IMG/VR virus record: IMGVR_UViG_3300021084_000006
Location: 1 to 64,000 of that record
DNA from: an uncultured virus (IMG/VR IMGVR_UViG_3300021084_000006)
Lineage: Duplodnaviria > Heunggongvirae > Uroviricota > Caudoviricetes
DNA length: 64,000 bases
Strand: one strand, 5' to 3'
The stretch's first letter is position 1. Each line of letters starts with the position of its first letter. Below are positions 8,975-18,659 of the stretch, in pieces. The position numbers and the translations under genes were made by a program. Below the pieces are notes generated by a model that saw only the letters and a program-made list of their open reading frames with translations, searched no databases and was not told where the DNA came from.

Positions 8975-11900
8975 GTGAAAGTAAACAAAAAAAGTTTAAT
9001 GCAGATGGGTGGTCAATCCTCAATGCAGCCTACAGGACAAAGTACAGATTCTGGTATGCAGCAGATTGTTGGGTTTATAAACTCTTCTGTAAATGAAGGA
9101 CAAGACCCGGTAGAAGTTGTTATGGGTTTATTACAACAAGAAGTAGATCAACAAACTATAGCACAAGCATTTATGCAATTGGGTTATGAAGAAGAACAAT
9201 TGATGCAATTGTTTAGTGCTGTTCAAGAAAGAAGTCAACCACAAGAACCAAGTTCACCAGATGAACAAACTAGAAATCCTCAAGAGATTGCTAGAAATCA
9301 GGCATTAGAAGAACAAGCAGAGGCTGAAGAGCAACAAGCTGCAATGGCTGAAAAAAATGCAATGGCTGAACAACTAGCCATGGATCAAGGTATGCCAGTT
9401 GCAAAGTCAGGTATAGAAATTAAACCTGAAAATAAAGGTAAGTTTACTAAGTGGGCTAAAGCACGTGGTATGTCTGTAGCTGAAGCATATAAAAAAGTAT
9501 TAGCTAATAAAGACAAGTATCCTCCTTCTGTAGTCAAGATGGCTAATTTTGCAAGAAATGCAGCTGGATGGAAAAAAGAAAAAGGTGGAGAGACAGAAGA
9601 GTTTGTAGCACACATGATGTATGATACTAAAACAGGTGATGCATATAAAGCTAATACTCCTGCTGATCATGAAAAGTATAAAAAGCTAGGCTACTTGCAT
9701 AAAGATGAATTGAAGAAAGCTCAAGAAGGTACAGAGATAGTAAAGAAAAATGGGTATGAATATAAGAAAGTATTAAACCCAGAAACAAATGAATCTACAT
9801 ATTTTTCTAGAAGAAATGGTTCAAGCAATTGGAAAGACTTACAAGAAGAAGGTAACATAATACCATTAAAAGCTGTACGTTCTGATATTTTTGCTGACAA
9901 CATAGAAGAATGGGAAGGTACAGAAGAGCAAAAGAAATGGGATCAAGAGGAAGCAAAAAGATACAAAGCATCTAGAGAACCAAAAAAAGAATCCTCTGAT
10001 GAAATTAATTATGATAACTACGGTATAAGAGTTGTGCAATTTCCTTATGGATACAGCTCAACCATGCCTCCTGGTCATATTCAAGCTCAGTTATACAATA
10101 AAGATACAACAAAGCTTGTTAATAGAGTTGATGGTCAAAAAGCTTATATAAATAGATGGGAAAATGGTAGTGGTAATGTACCTATGAATCCTTCTGAATA
10201 TGAAGGTCAAGATGATGTAAGAGTAGTTGATCTTGATGCATCACCTGAAGAAATTCAAAGATTTTTAAATGAAGCACAAACATTCCGAGGTACAGATAGA
10301 CGGGCACAAAGAAAAAATGTAAAAGGACTTTTAGCCGAAGCACCTACAGCATTAGGTGAAGGAAAAGAAGGTGCTTATGATTTTGTAGAAAGTAACTGTG
10401 CTACTGGTGTATGTACCGGTCTTGGTTTAAATCCCAATGCTTACAGAAATGCAGGAATAACAGATCCTACAGAAGTAATGGATGGTATTATCAAAGGAAA
10501 AAAATACAGAGACCGTATTAATAAAATTGTTGGTAATAGAGTAAATTCAGCAGAGGGCCTTCAAGCTATAATAGGCAATGGTACAGATGGAGCATATGTT
10601 CCATCAAATGATGCTGCTAAAAGAATATCAAATTTTCTAAATGGTATTAGTGTAGATGAAAGAGATAAATTATTAAAATCTATAAATAAACCAGTCAGTG
10701 AGCTTAAGTCTTTTGATGGTGTAATGGATGTATATAACTCTTTGCCAGAAGGTACAATACCTACAGCTATAGGTGCTGGTATAGATGAAATTGAAAACAA
10801 TACTGATTTTCAGTTTGATATGCAGGGTGTAAAGAATATACCTGGTTATTGGTATGATAAAGTAGGTGATGCTTGGAACAATTTCTTTGATCCAAGCAAC
10901 TATAGGCAATCAGGTGGTGAACAGGATAATGAAAGGATTAAAAATCCTAACATGATAACTAGATCTAATAATTATGCAAACCCATTAGCTTTTGAAACTG
11001 CTAATGACTTTAATCTTTTAGGTGCAGTTAACACATTAAATAGTGGTCTGACTAATATGTTTAGTGGTAAAGATGAAGATGGTGATGGTCTTAAAGATGG
11101 TTCATTTAGAAATCTTGGTGCAAAGAAAACATTAAATAAGTTAAACAAAGGTCAGTACTATGATTATAATATTCAGGTAGATCCTAATGATACTAATACT
11201 TATGCGTTTGATGAATTAGATTTATTTAATGCAAGTAAAACAATTGGTAAAGATAACTTAAGAACAACTGAAGAGTATAAGGAAGATATTAAGAAAAACT
11301 CACGTGTCAATTTTAATACAGAGACAGGTGAGTATGATGCTCTTTTATCTAGCAGAGATCCAAGTAACTATACATACCGTAATTTATTTGGTCAAAAGAA
11401 AGATGTATTTAATGATGAAAAATTAACTAATGCATTAGATGGAGAAAATCTAAACTATTTTGAAAATGTAGATGAAGATACTAGACAACAAATTTTAGAC
11501 TTTGGAGCAGCAGACGGAATGCCTGAAGGCACTACACTAAATATAGATAGAGATACTGGTGCAGTGCGTTATATGGGTCCTGATACACCGGAGAATAAGC
11601 AAAGAGATAATTATAGAACAATGATGGGCTATAACAAATATGGTCCTAGAGAAGAAGTAGAAGAAGTAGTAGAAGAATCTAAATCTATAATACCAACAAA
11701 TGTAAACGGACAACCTTTAGCAGCTTTAAGTACTGATCCACCAAGGGTACAGCCACCATCTTTTAAAGAATGGGTGATGCAAGATTCTCGTAATAGAACT
11801 GGTGCTAATGCTCCACAACAATATCAAGACTTTCTTAATGGTGTTAAATCAAGTCCAACCAGTCCAGTAAATCAAACACCAAAACAAAATATATTTGATA

Positions 11901-12796
11901 AAACAGGAGAGTTTTTTGAAGATAGATACAACGAAGCTATGCCATTTTTAAAAGAAGGTGTTGAAGAAGCTGGGAAAGCTGTAAGGAAAGCAGGAGATTT
12001 TGTTGAAGATAAAGTTAATACAGGATTAGATTTTTTAAAAGATATTAAATTTGAAGAAGGTGGTGATTTACCAAAAGCTCAAATGGGTTTTGGGAATCCT
12101 CAATTTGATCCAAATAATCCATTTGGTATACCTGATTTTTCACAAATGGGTCAGACATCTTATATAAATCCAGATACAGGAGCACCTTATACACCTGGTC
12201 CAAATGTACCAGCTGTAAATGAAGAAAATCCAATAATGCTAGATGAGGTAACTGTTACTGCAAAAGGTGATCCTCTTAATAGATTAAAGCCAATTGGTAT
12301 ACAACCATTATCCAACGGTTTAGATGATTTAAAATTAGCACCTATAAATGTACCTAGTCAATTTATGACGAATGAAGATTCAAATCAAGAATTAGAAAGA
12401 GCAGATTTTGATGATCCAAAAGTCAAAAGGACAAATAACTTTGAAGGAGGACTAAATAGATTTATGGATAGCAATTTTATGAAAGGTTATGCAGATATTT
12501 CAGAATTTGCTGTTGAAGGAGCAGGTGTAATAAATGATTGGTTTAGACAAAAAAATGTTCAAGATGCAAGAAGAGAAAACCGTAGAAGATTTGCTGTAGC
12601 AGATAATATATATGGTACATATGAAGATCCAGCTCTTAAAAGAGGTGTATGGGATGTTAATACAGGTCAGGCTCAGGGTGAGGCAGACAGAACAACTAGC
12701 TGGAGTATGACAGCTAAAGAAGGTGGAGAAGTAAATGTTAATAGTGAAATGCTTGCTGCGTTAATAGCAGCTGGTGCTGATATAGAAATGTTATAA
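8975..12796 (+). CDS. Putative internal virion/ejected cargo protein with permuted papain-like (H...NC) peptidase domain
   Basis: GTG start; Q/E-rich low complexity; 'IEIKPENKGKFTKWAKARGMSV..ANFARNA' module (~9410-9575); GH at 10073-10078 and 'YDFVESNCA' with Cys at 10397; many xxG(G) motifs. Confidence 0.6.
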   Translation: MKVNKKSLMQMGGQSSMQPTGQSTDSGMQQIVGFINSSVNEGQDPVEVVMGLLQQEVDQQTIAQAFMQLGYEEEQLMQLFSAVQERSQPQEPSSPDEQTRNPQEIARNQALEEQAEAEEQQAAMAEKNAMAEQLAMDQGMPVAKSGIEIKPENKGKFTKWAKARGMSVAEAYKKVLANKDKYPPSVVKMANFARNAAGWKKEKGGETEEFVAHMMYDTKTGDAYKANTPADHEKYKKLGYLHKDELKKAQEGTEIVKKNGYEYKKVLNPETNESTYFSRRNGSSNWKDLQEEGNIIPLKAVRSDIFADNIEEWEGTEEQKKWDQEEAKRYKASREPKKESSDEINYDNYGIRVVQFPYGYSSTMPPGHIQAQLYNKDTTKLVNRVDGQKAYINRWENGSGNVPMNPSEYEGQDDVRVVDLDASPEEIQRFLNEAQTFRGTDRRAQRKNVKGLLAEAPTALGEGKEGAYDFVESNCATGVCTGLGLNPNAYRNAGITDPTEVMDGIIKGKKYRDRINKIVGNRVNSAEGLQAIIGNGTDGAYVPSNDAAKRISNFLNGISVDERDKLLKSINKPVSELKSFDGVMDVYNSLPEGTIPTAIGAGIDEIENNTDFQFDMQGVKNIPGYWYDKVGDAWNNFFDPSNYRQSGGEQDNERIKNPNMITRSNNYANPLAFETANDFNLLGAVNTLNSGLTNMFSGKDEDGDGLKDGSFRNLGAKKTLNKLNKGQYYDYNIQVDPNDTNTYAFDELDLFNASKTIGKDNLRTTEEYKEDIKKNSRVNFNTETGEYDALLSSRDPSNYTYRNLFGQKKDVFNDEKLTNALDGENLNYFENVDEDTRQQILDFGAADGMPEGTTLNIDRDTGAVRYMGPDTPENKQRDNYRTMMGYNKYGPREEVEEVVEESKSIIPTNVNGQPLAALSTDPPRVQPPSFKEWVMQDSRNRTGANAPQQYQDFLNGVKSSPTSPVNQTPKQNIFDKTGEFFEDRYNEAMPFLKEGVEEAGKAVRKAGDFVEDKVNTGLDFLKDIKFEEGGDLPKAQMGFGNPQFDPNNPFGIPDFSQMGQTSYINPDTGAPYTPGPNVPAVNEENPIMLDEVTVTAKGDPLNRLKPIGIQPLSNGLDDLKLAPINVPSQFMTNEDSNQELERADFDDPKVKRTNNFEGGLNRFMDSNFMKGYADISEFAVEGAGVINDWFRQKNVQDARRENRRRFAVADNIYGTYEDPALKRGVWDVNTGQAQGEADRTTSWSMTAKEGGEVNVNSEMLAALIAAGADIEML

Positions 12797-12798
12797 TT

Positions 12799-15309
12799 AT
12801 GGCAAAGATCAAAATAAATAAATTACCAAAAGGTTTTAAACTTGTTAATGGTAAGGTTGTAAAAGAGCAGGTAATGAATAACGGTGGTTATGTTACCGGT
12901 GACCAAAGAGATTATGGCTTGGTTACAACTCCTCAAGAGTATTATAATAATACAAACTTTAATAATGCTGATGATCAAAGTGTTAGATACAGTCTATCTA
13001 GTGTACCTAGAGATGTAGCTAACATAGAAGCAGAAGGTGGAGAAACTGTTCTTACTGACTTAAGTGGTGATGGACAATTTGGTCTTTATAACATTAATGG
13101 ACCAAGACATAGTAGTGGTGGTGTACCAATGTTTTTACCAGAGCAATCTTTTATATATTCAGATACAAATAAAATGAAATTTAATAAAGATGAAATGGCT
13201 GAATTTGGTATTGAGTCACGTAAAGGAAAAACACCGGCTACAATATCAAAGAAGTATCAGCTTAATCCATATTTAGGAGCAATAAATGATCAGTATGCAG
13301 ATGACATATCTACAATAAGTGCTGAACTTATGCTTAAAAAAAATATGAATGATTTATCAAGGTTGGCTTTTGGTCAAGAAGTAAAAAAGAATTTTGAAGA
13401 TGGTGTGCCATTAGCAGCACATCCATACCTAGTTTCTATAGGAGAGGATCCTATTGAATTTACTGCAAAGGTTGAAGAAATTTCTAAAAGACAAGCACAA
13501 ATGAACGCTCTTGCAGCATTGCCTCCTGAACAGCAACAACAATTAATGATGTTGCAACAAATGATGGCACAAGTTGATCAACAACCACAAGGTCAAGGTC
13601 AACCACAAGGTCAACCAGAAGAAGGAGTTGTAGAAGATGTTGTAGAAGTTGCAAAGTATGGGACTGAAGTAAACGGTTTAAGAAAATATCAAGATGGGAC
13701 AGAAGTTGTAAACCCATTAAAAGAAGATCACCCAAAGTATAACGAATGGAATGAAAAAATTTCTACAGGTAATTATGATGTAAAAACTGTAACACTTGAA
13801 AATGGTGGTAAAAGACTTATACTAACAGAAAAAAGAGTAGAACAACCAACTACAGAAATAGGTGAAGCAGGTAATCAAAGAGGAAGAGGAAGTACACCTA
13901 TATATAATGAAGATATTGCAGGTCAAAGAAGAGCTTTTAATGAGGCAAGTGATGATGGATGGCAATATCAATCAGGTTCTTTATCATCTGGTAACAGACC
14001 TTTACAACAAAGTAAAATATATAACAATCAAGTAGTAGATGGTGTGTTTGATCCAAGTATAACTGCTGATAAATCATCTGGTGTACATTCATATGGTTCT
14101 CCAGAAATTAAAAGTGCAGCTGCAGAAAAAGACTTCATGAATAGATGGGGAGATGTTGTTGCACAGATAGATGGATATGATTACAGCATGGATGCCAATG
14201 ATCCAAAAGTTAAGCAATTTCAACGTCTTGCTGAAGAAACTAGAAGAAAAGAACATCTAGAGCACTTTGGTAATTTAGATAACTATAAAAAATACTTCAC
14301 AGAAGATGGTGTTAGTGGATCTAAATTTGATGGTGCCTTTGGTTTACATACTTACAATACTCCACGTTTAAAAAAGAATGAGTTATTTAGTGAAGAAATA
14401 ACTTTAGATCCAGAAGAAAAGAAGAAAGAAGTAATTGAGAAAAAGGATCCAGAAGCTTATAAGCAACCTTATACTCCTCCTTTTATTCAAGATGAAATTA
14501 ACTTAAATGCATTAGGTATGATAGATGACAATCTATATATGCCTTGGGCACCAACAGCAGAAAGACAAAAAATTGATTATGTCTTGGATGATTATCTAGG
14601 ACAAGTTAATGCAAACAATTCCTCACTTGCTACTGCATCAGAGCAAGTAGGTAATACTATTGGTGGGCCTGCAGCAATAGCTGCAATTTCTGATCTACAA
14701 GGTAGAACTATGAAAGCAAATGCTGCTGCTATAGGTTCTACTAACTCACGAAATGTAGCTACTTTGAATCAAGTAGGAACTCTACAACCTCAATTGGATA
14801 TGAAAGTAAACTTTGAGAATGATAGAAGAACTACAAAAGTATATGATGATGTTAACAAGACATTACAAGATCATGATAACTTTTTAAATGATAAAATAGC
14901 TAAGAGTGCAGAATTAAGAAACGCACTTATAACTAATAGAGCAGGTGCAGCTAATCTAAATGCATTAACTAAGAATTTTGATATAGATACTACAACAGGT
15001 GGTATAGTAGAATTCACTGATGGTGATGCTTTAGAAAAAGTAGGATTACCAAAAGATCAGCAAAAAGCATTCTTAGATAGTTATACTGAACTTCAAAAGA
15101 ATTTGGGACCAGATGTAAAAGTTGATGCTGATTTAATAAAAGCATATATGACACTTGGTCAACCTACAGCAGCATCTAATCAAACAAATGCAGCAGCTGA
15201 ATTTGCAAGATTAGGAAGCCCACAGTTTTATCCAACAGGTAAATCTAAAGTGGGGAAAGAGATTAAAAGAATGGTAGTCCCATTCTATACAGGCAAGATG
15301 GGATCATAA
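12799..15309 (+). CDS. Putative internal virion/ejected cargo protein
   Basis: N-terminal 'NIEAEGGETV..GPRHSSGGVP' module recalled from Bacteroidota-phage virion proteins; Q-rich linker; helical C-terminus; position between tail gene and RNAP; no Cys seen. Confidence 0.55.
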   Translation: MAKIKINKLPKGFKLVNGKVVKEQVMNNGGYVTGDQRDYGLVTTPQEYYNNTNFNNADDQSVRYSLSSVPRDVANIEAEGGETVLTDLSGDGQFGLYNINGPRHSSGGVPMFLPEQSFIYSDTNKMKFNKDEMAEFGIESRKGKTPATISKKYQLNPYLGAINDQYADDISTISAELMLKKNMNDLSRLAFGQEVKKNFEDGVPLAAHPYLVSIGEDPIEFTAKVEEISKRQAQMNALAALPPEQQQQLMMLQQMMAQVDQQPQGQGQPQGQPEEGVVEDVVEVAKYGTEVNGLRKYQDGTEVVNPLKEDHPKYNEWNEKISTGNYDVKTVTLENGGKRLILTEKRVEQPTTEIGEAGNQRGRGSTPIYNEDIAGQRRAFNEASDDGWQYQSGSLSSGNRPLQQSKIYNNQVVDGVFDPSITADKSSGVHSYGSPEIKSAAAEKDFMNRWGDVVAQIDGYDYSMDANDPKVKQFQRLAEETRRKEHLEHFGNLDNYKKYFTEDGVSGSKFDGAFGLHTYNTPRLKKNELFSEEITLDPEEKKKEVIEKKDPEAYKQPYTPPFIQDEINLNALGMIDDNLYMPWAPTAERQKIDYVLDDYLGQVNANNSSLATASEQVGNTIGGPAAIAAISDLQGRTMKANAAAIGSTNSRNVATLNQVGTLQPQLDMKVNFENDRRTTKVYDDVNKTLQDHDNFLNDKIAKSAELRNALITNRAGAANLNALTKNFDIDTTTGGIVEFTDGDALEKVGLPKDQQKAFLDSYTELQKNLGPDVKVDADLIKAYMTLGQPTAASNQTNAAAEFARLGSPQFYPTGKSKVGKEIKRMVVPFYTGKMGS

Positions 15310-15368
15310 ACCTTAAAGGTTTTAATTTATACCTTGTTAAACATATATAATTATAGTAAATTTACATT

Positions 15369-18300
15369 ATGGCAACATACGTACCAGGATCAAAAGCATA
15401 CTTACCGGACATTAAACCGTTTACTCCAGATTTTAAGTTTCTATCTGCGGTATTAGATCAAAGACAAGATAAGTATACTACTAGTTGGAAGGCAACAAAT
15501 GATGTCTACAATAAAGTAGTGTATGCTGATCTATCAAGACAAGATACTACAGAACAAAGAGATCAATATATAGAAACGTTAGGTCCTTCACTAGAGAAGA
15601 TTGCTGGTATGGATTTATCATTAGCACAAAACGCTGATTCAGCTAAAGCTGTATTTGCACCTTTCTTTGAAGATAAACTAATTGTAAAAGATATGGTTTA
15701 TACTGCTAACTATAGAAAGCAAATGGATTATGCTAATAGACTTTTGCAATCAAACAATCAAGAACAAAGAGAAAAATACTGGAACCCAGGCATCAAAGCT
15801 TTACAGTATAGAATGGAAGATTTTGTAAATGGTTCTGCAGATGAAGCAATGAATGCATCATTAGCTAGATATGTAGAAGATGCAGATTTAGTTCAGATGT
15901 CTGAAAAAATATTATCAGAAATGGATCCTCCTTTAAAAATTAAGATGGATCATTTTGGAACAAATCCAGATGGAACTGTAAATACAGATTTTATTATAAC
16001 AACGCAGAATGGTGAGTTAGTTACTGGACCAGCTTTACAATATATACAAACAGCATTGGCAGATGATCCAAGAGTTCAGCAAGCCTATCAAACAAGTGCA
16101 TATGTAGAAAGCAGGGACCGTGCTGCAGAATTAATGCAAGCAGGACAAGCTGCAAGCGTTCAGCAAGGACAAGAGATGTGGGCTAATGAAAGAATAGCTT
16201 TAGTAACTGGAGCAAATCAAGAGCAAACAAAAGAAAAGAAAAAGCAACTTGCTGAAGATAATAAAACCAATGAAAACTGGGCAGCATATCAAAAAGATCA
16301 AGGTATTATACCGGGATCTGATGAAGATAAAGAGCAGAAAGACAACTTAAGTGCTTATGAAGCTACTAAAGCTGAGTTAGAACAAAACATGAAAGTTGAG
16401 CAAATTGCTCAAACACCTGTTGGTGAAGGTTTAGAAAGCAATCTTAATAGAGCTTATGAACTAACTATGTTATTTAACATGGATAGAGATATGAAAATAG
16501 GAGCTCAGAACTATAGCATGAGAGATTTTGAATCTTCAATGGAGGCTAATCCTTATGCGGTTGCACAGAAGAAGCATATGATGGATATGCAAAAGGTAAG
16601 ATTCCAAGCTAGAGAAAGAAGAAACCTTGAAAGTATTAAGCAAAGAAATAGAATTGATTTAGCAAAAGCAAAAGGAGAAATCTTAAGTCCAGAACAAAAA
16701 GCACAACAAGATGCTTTATTGAAAGCATTAGGACAAACTGTTGTTAGAAGAGGTGAGGCTAACACTACAGAATTACCTGAAGGTGCTGTAGTAGTAGCTG
16801 TAACAGAAGATCAATTTATTCAAGATGATAATAAACTTCTAGTACGTGAAGTAGATGCTATTTTAAATTCATATGTGCAAATAAATCCAAATGGTGATAA
16901 TGGCAATCAAGAGTGGACTATAGATTTTAATGGTACACAAATTACAGGTAACATTGAGACGCTTAGAAATCAAATGCTTAAGCAAGAAGATCTTACTACT
17001 AAACAACAGGAGGATGGCGTTGTAGCTGATTATGAAAATAGAGAGGCAATAAATGCTGCGTTTACAAACAGATATGAATTTATTACTAATGCAGAAGGAG
17101 TTAAAAGTAAAAACCCTTCTTATCAGCAATCAGCTCAATGGGCAAGTTTAAATAATGACTTCTTACAATTAAGAACAGACAAAACAGTATTAGACAGAAA
17201 CTTCCAGAGTGCAACACAAACCCAGTATGAGACTTATGAAAAAACAAAAGTAAGAACTCTAAAAGATGATGATGAAGTTAAACTACAAATGGAAGCAGGG
17301 TTTGGTGATATATATGATGATACTGACCCAGATAATGTAAGACTTTTAAGTAAAGCAGAGTATGTTGCTGCTATGATAGAAAAGGCAGAAGCCAATCAAC
17401 TAATTAATATAGGTGATGAAGGTTTACTGTATGGTAGAAATAATGTCCCAGAAGGTGAGGGTGATGACTTTACAGATAAGTACTATAGAAAAACTAAAAC
17501 AAGATATGTAGAAGGTCAATCTACTTATCAAAGCTATGGTATAGGTGGTGGTTCTACTGGTGACAGTGGATACTATGTACCAGTATTAGATGCTGATGGT
17601 AATGAAGTAAAAGAAGTTAATATTTATGCAGTTAAAAAACATGCAGAAGAAGTATATGATAGACTAACAGAAGATCATAATAAAGGATTAACTGCTCAAA
17701 AAGGTTGGGAAGGTTATGAAACTGCAACACTTAAAAGTGTACAAATGGGTAGACAAAACCTTATTGGTGAAATTGAAACGGGAGTAACTTATGGAGGTAA
17801 TATAGATCCTAAAGTCTCAGGTTCTGCAGGTAATAAAATCTATACTGATCTTTTAAATCAAATAGCAGTAATGGAAGGTGCTGGGCAAAATCCACAATAC
17901 TATGCTGGTGAAATAGGTATAGATAGTGACATGGATGATCAACTAGAAGGTACTGACTTAGCTTTATATAAAAGAGCACTAAATGCTTATAGAGCAGATA
18001 TGCTTAACTATGTCACAAATGAAAAAGCAGGAAACTCTATTTCAACTATGCCTAGAGCATCTATAGAATACAAACCTGTATATGGAGATCCAGAAACAGT
18101 AGATAAAACAAAAGCTGGTAATATTATTACGTTTGGTGGGGATTGGTTAGAGTCCAAGAAAGCTGGTTCAGAAACTACTGGTGAGTATGGTACATTTAGT
18201 CAAACAGAGATTAATAAATTAAAGAAAGGTATTTCTATTCTATTTGATCAAAAAGATGATATAAGCTCCAGGTCTGCAGCTAATAGTGCTATTGTATCAT

Positions 18301-18644
18301 CACCTATTATAAGTGAGATAATGGCAAGTCAAAATCATTATGTAGAATATAAACCAAACTATGGTACCAAGGAAGATGGTAATGTTAATACAGGTACATT
18401 AAGATTTGTTCAGAACAGTCCAACAGAATATATGATGAACTGGCAATTTAATGAATATGTAGAAGGCGGATCATACAGAATGACACCAATTAGATCAAGA
18501 ACCATAACTTTACCAGCTGGAACACCATATGACGGAACACTGGAAACATTAAAGAAAGCTTTAATAGAAAGGGAGTTTAATCCTTTAGGTGCAGAAAATT
18601 TGAGAAGAAGAAAAAAAGATAAAGCAATAAATGCTAAAAAATAA
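15369..18644 (+). CDS. Putative ejected virion protein (coiled-coil rich)
   Basis: 1091-aa ORF directly upstream of the virion RNAP; helical and charged; no Cys seen. Confidence 0.5.
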   Translation: MATYVPGSKAYLPDIKPFTPDFKFLSAVLDQRQDKYTTSWKATNDVYNKVVYADLSRQDTTEQRDQYIETLGPSLEKIAGMDLSLAQNADSAKAVFAPFFEDKLIVKDMVYTANYRKQMDYANRLLQSNNQEQREKYWNPGIKALQYRMEDFVNGSADEAMNASLARYVEDADLVQMSEKILSEMDPPLKIKMDHFGTNPDGTVNTDFIITTQNGELVTGPALQYIQTALADDPRVQQAYQTSAYVESRDRAAELMQAGQAASVQQGQEMWANERIALVTGANQEQTKEKKKQLAEDNKTNENWAAYQKDQGIIPGSDEDKEQKDNLSAYEATKAELEQNMKVEQIAQTPVGEGLESNLNRAYELTMLFNMDRDMKIGAQNYSMRDFESSMEANPYAVAQKKHMMDMQKVRFQARERRNLESIKQRNRIDLAKAKGEILSPEQKAQQDALLKALGQTVVRRGEANTTELPEGAVVVAVTEDQFIQDDNKLLVREVDAILNSYVQINPNGDNGNQEWTIDFNGTQITGNIETLRNQMLKQEDLTTKQQEDGVVADYENREAINAAFTNRYEFITNAEGVKSKNPSYQQSAQWASLNNDFLQLRTDKTVLDRNFQSATQTQYETYEKTKVRTLKDDDEVKLQMEAGFGDIYDDTDPDNVRLLSKAEYVAAMIEKAEANQLINIGDEGLLYGRNNVPEGEGDDFTDKYYRKTKTRYVEGQSTYQSYGIGGGSTGDSGYYVPVLDADGNEVKEVNIYAVKKHAEEVYDRLTEDHNKGLTAQKGWEGYETATLKSVQMGRQNLIGEIETGVTYGGNIDPKVSGSAGNKIYTDLLNQIAVMEGAGQNPQYYAGEIGIDSDMDDQLEGTDLALYKRALNAYRADMLNYVTNEKAGNSISTMPRASIEYKPVYGDPETVDKTKAGNIITFGGDWLESKKAGSETTGEYGTFSQTEINKLKKGISILFDQKDDISSRSAANSAIVSSPIISEIMASQNHYVEYKPNYGTKEDGNVNTGTLRFVQNSPTEYMMNWQFNEYVEGGSYRMTPIRSRTITLPAGTPYDGTLETLKKALIEREFNPLGAENLRRRKKDKAINAKK

Positions 18645-18659
18645 TATTCAATTCTGAAA

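Noticed and set aside
13530..13620. CAA/CAG-rich short repeats (QQQQQ, QPQGQGQPQGQP)
   Set aside because: Low-complexity protein linker, not a DNA-level repeat element
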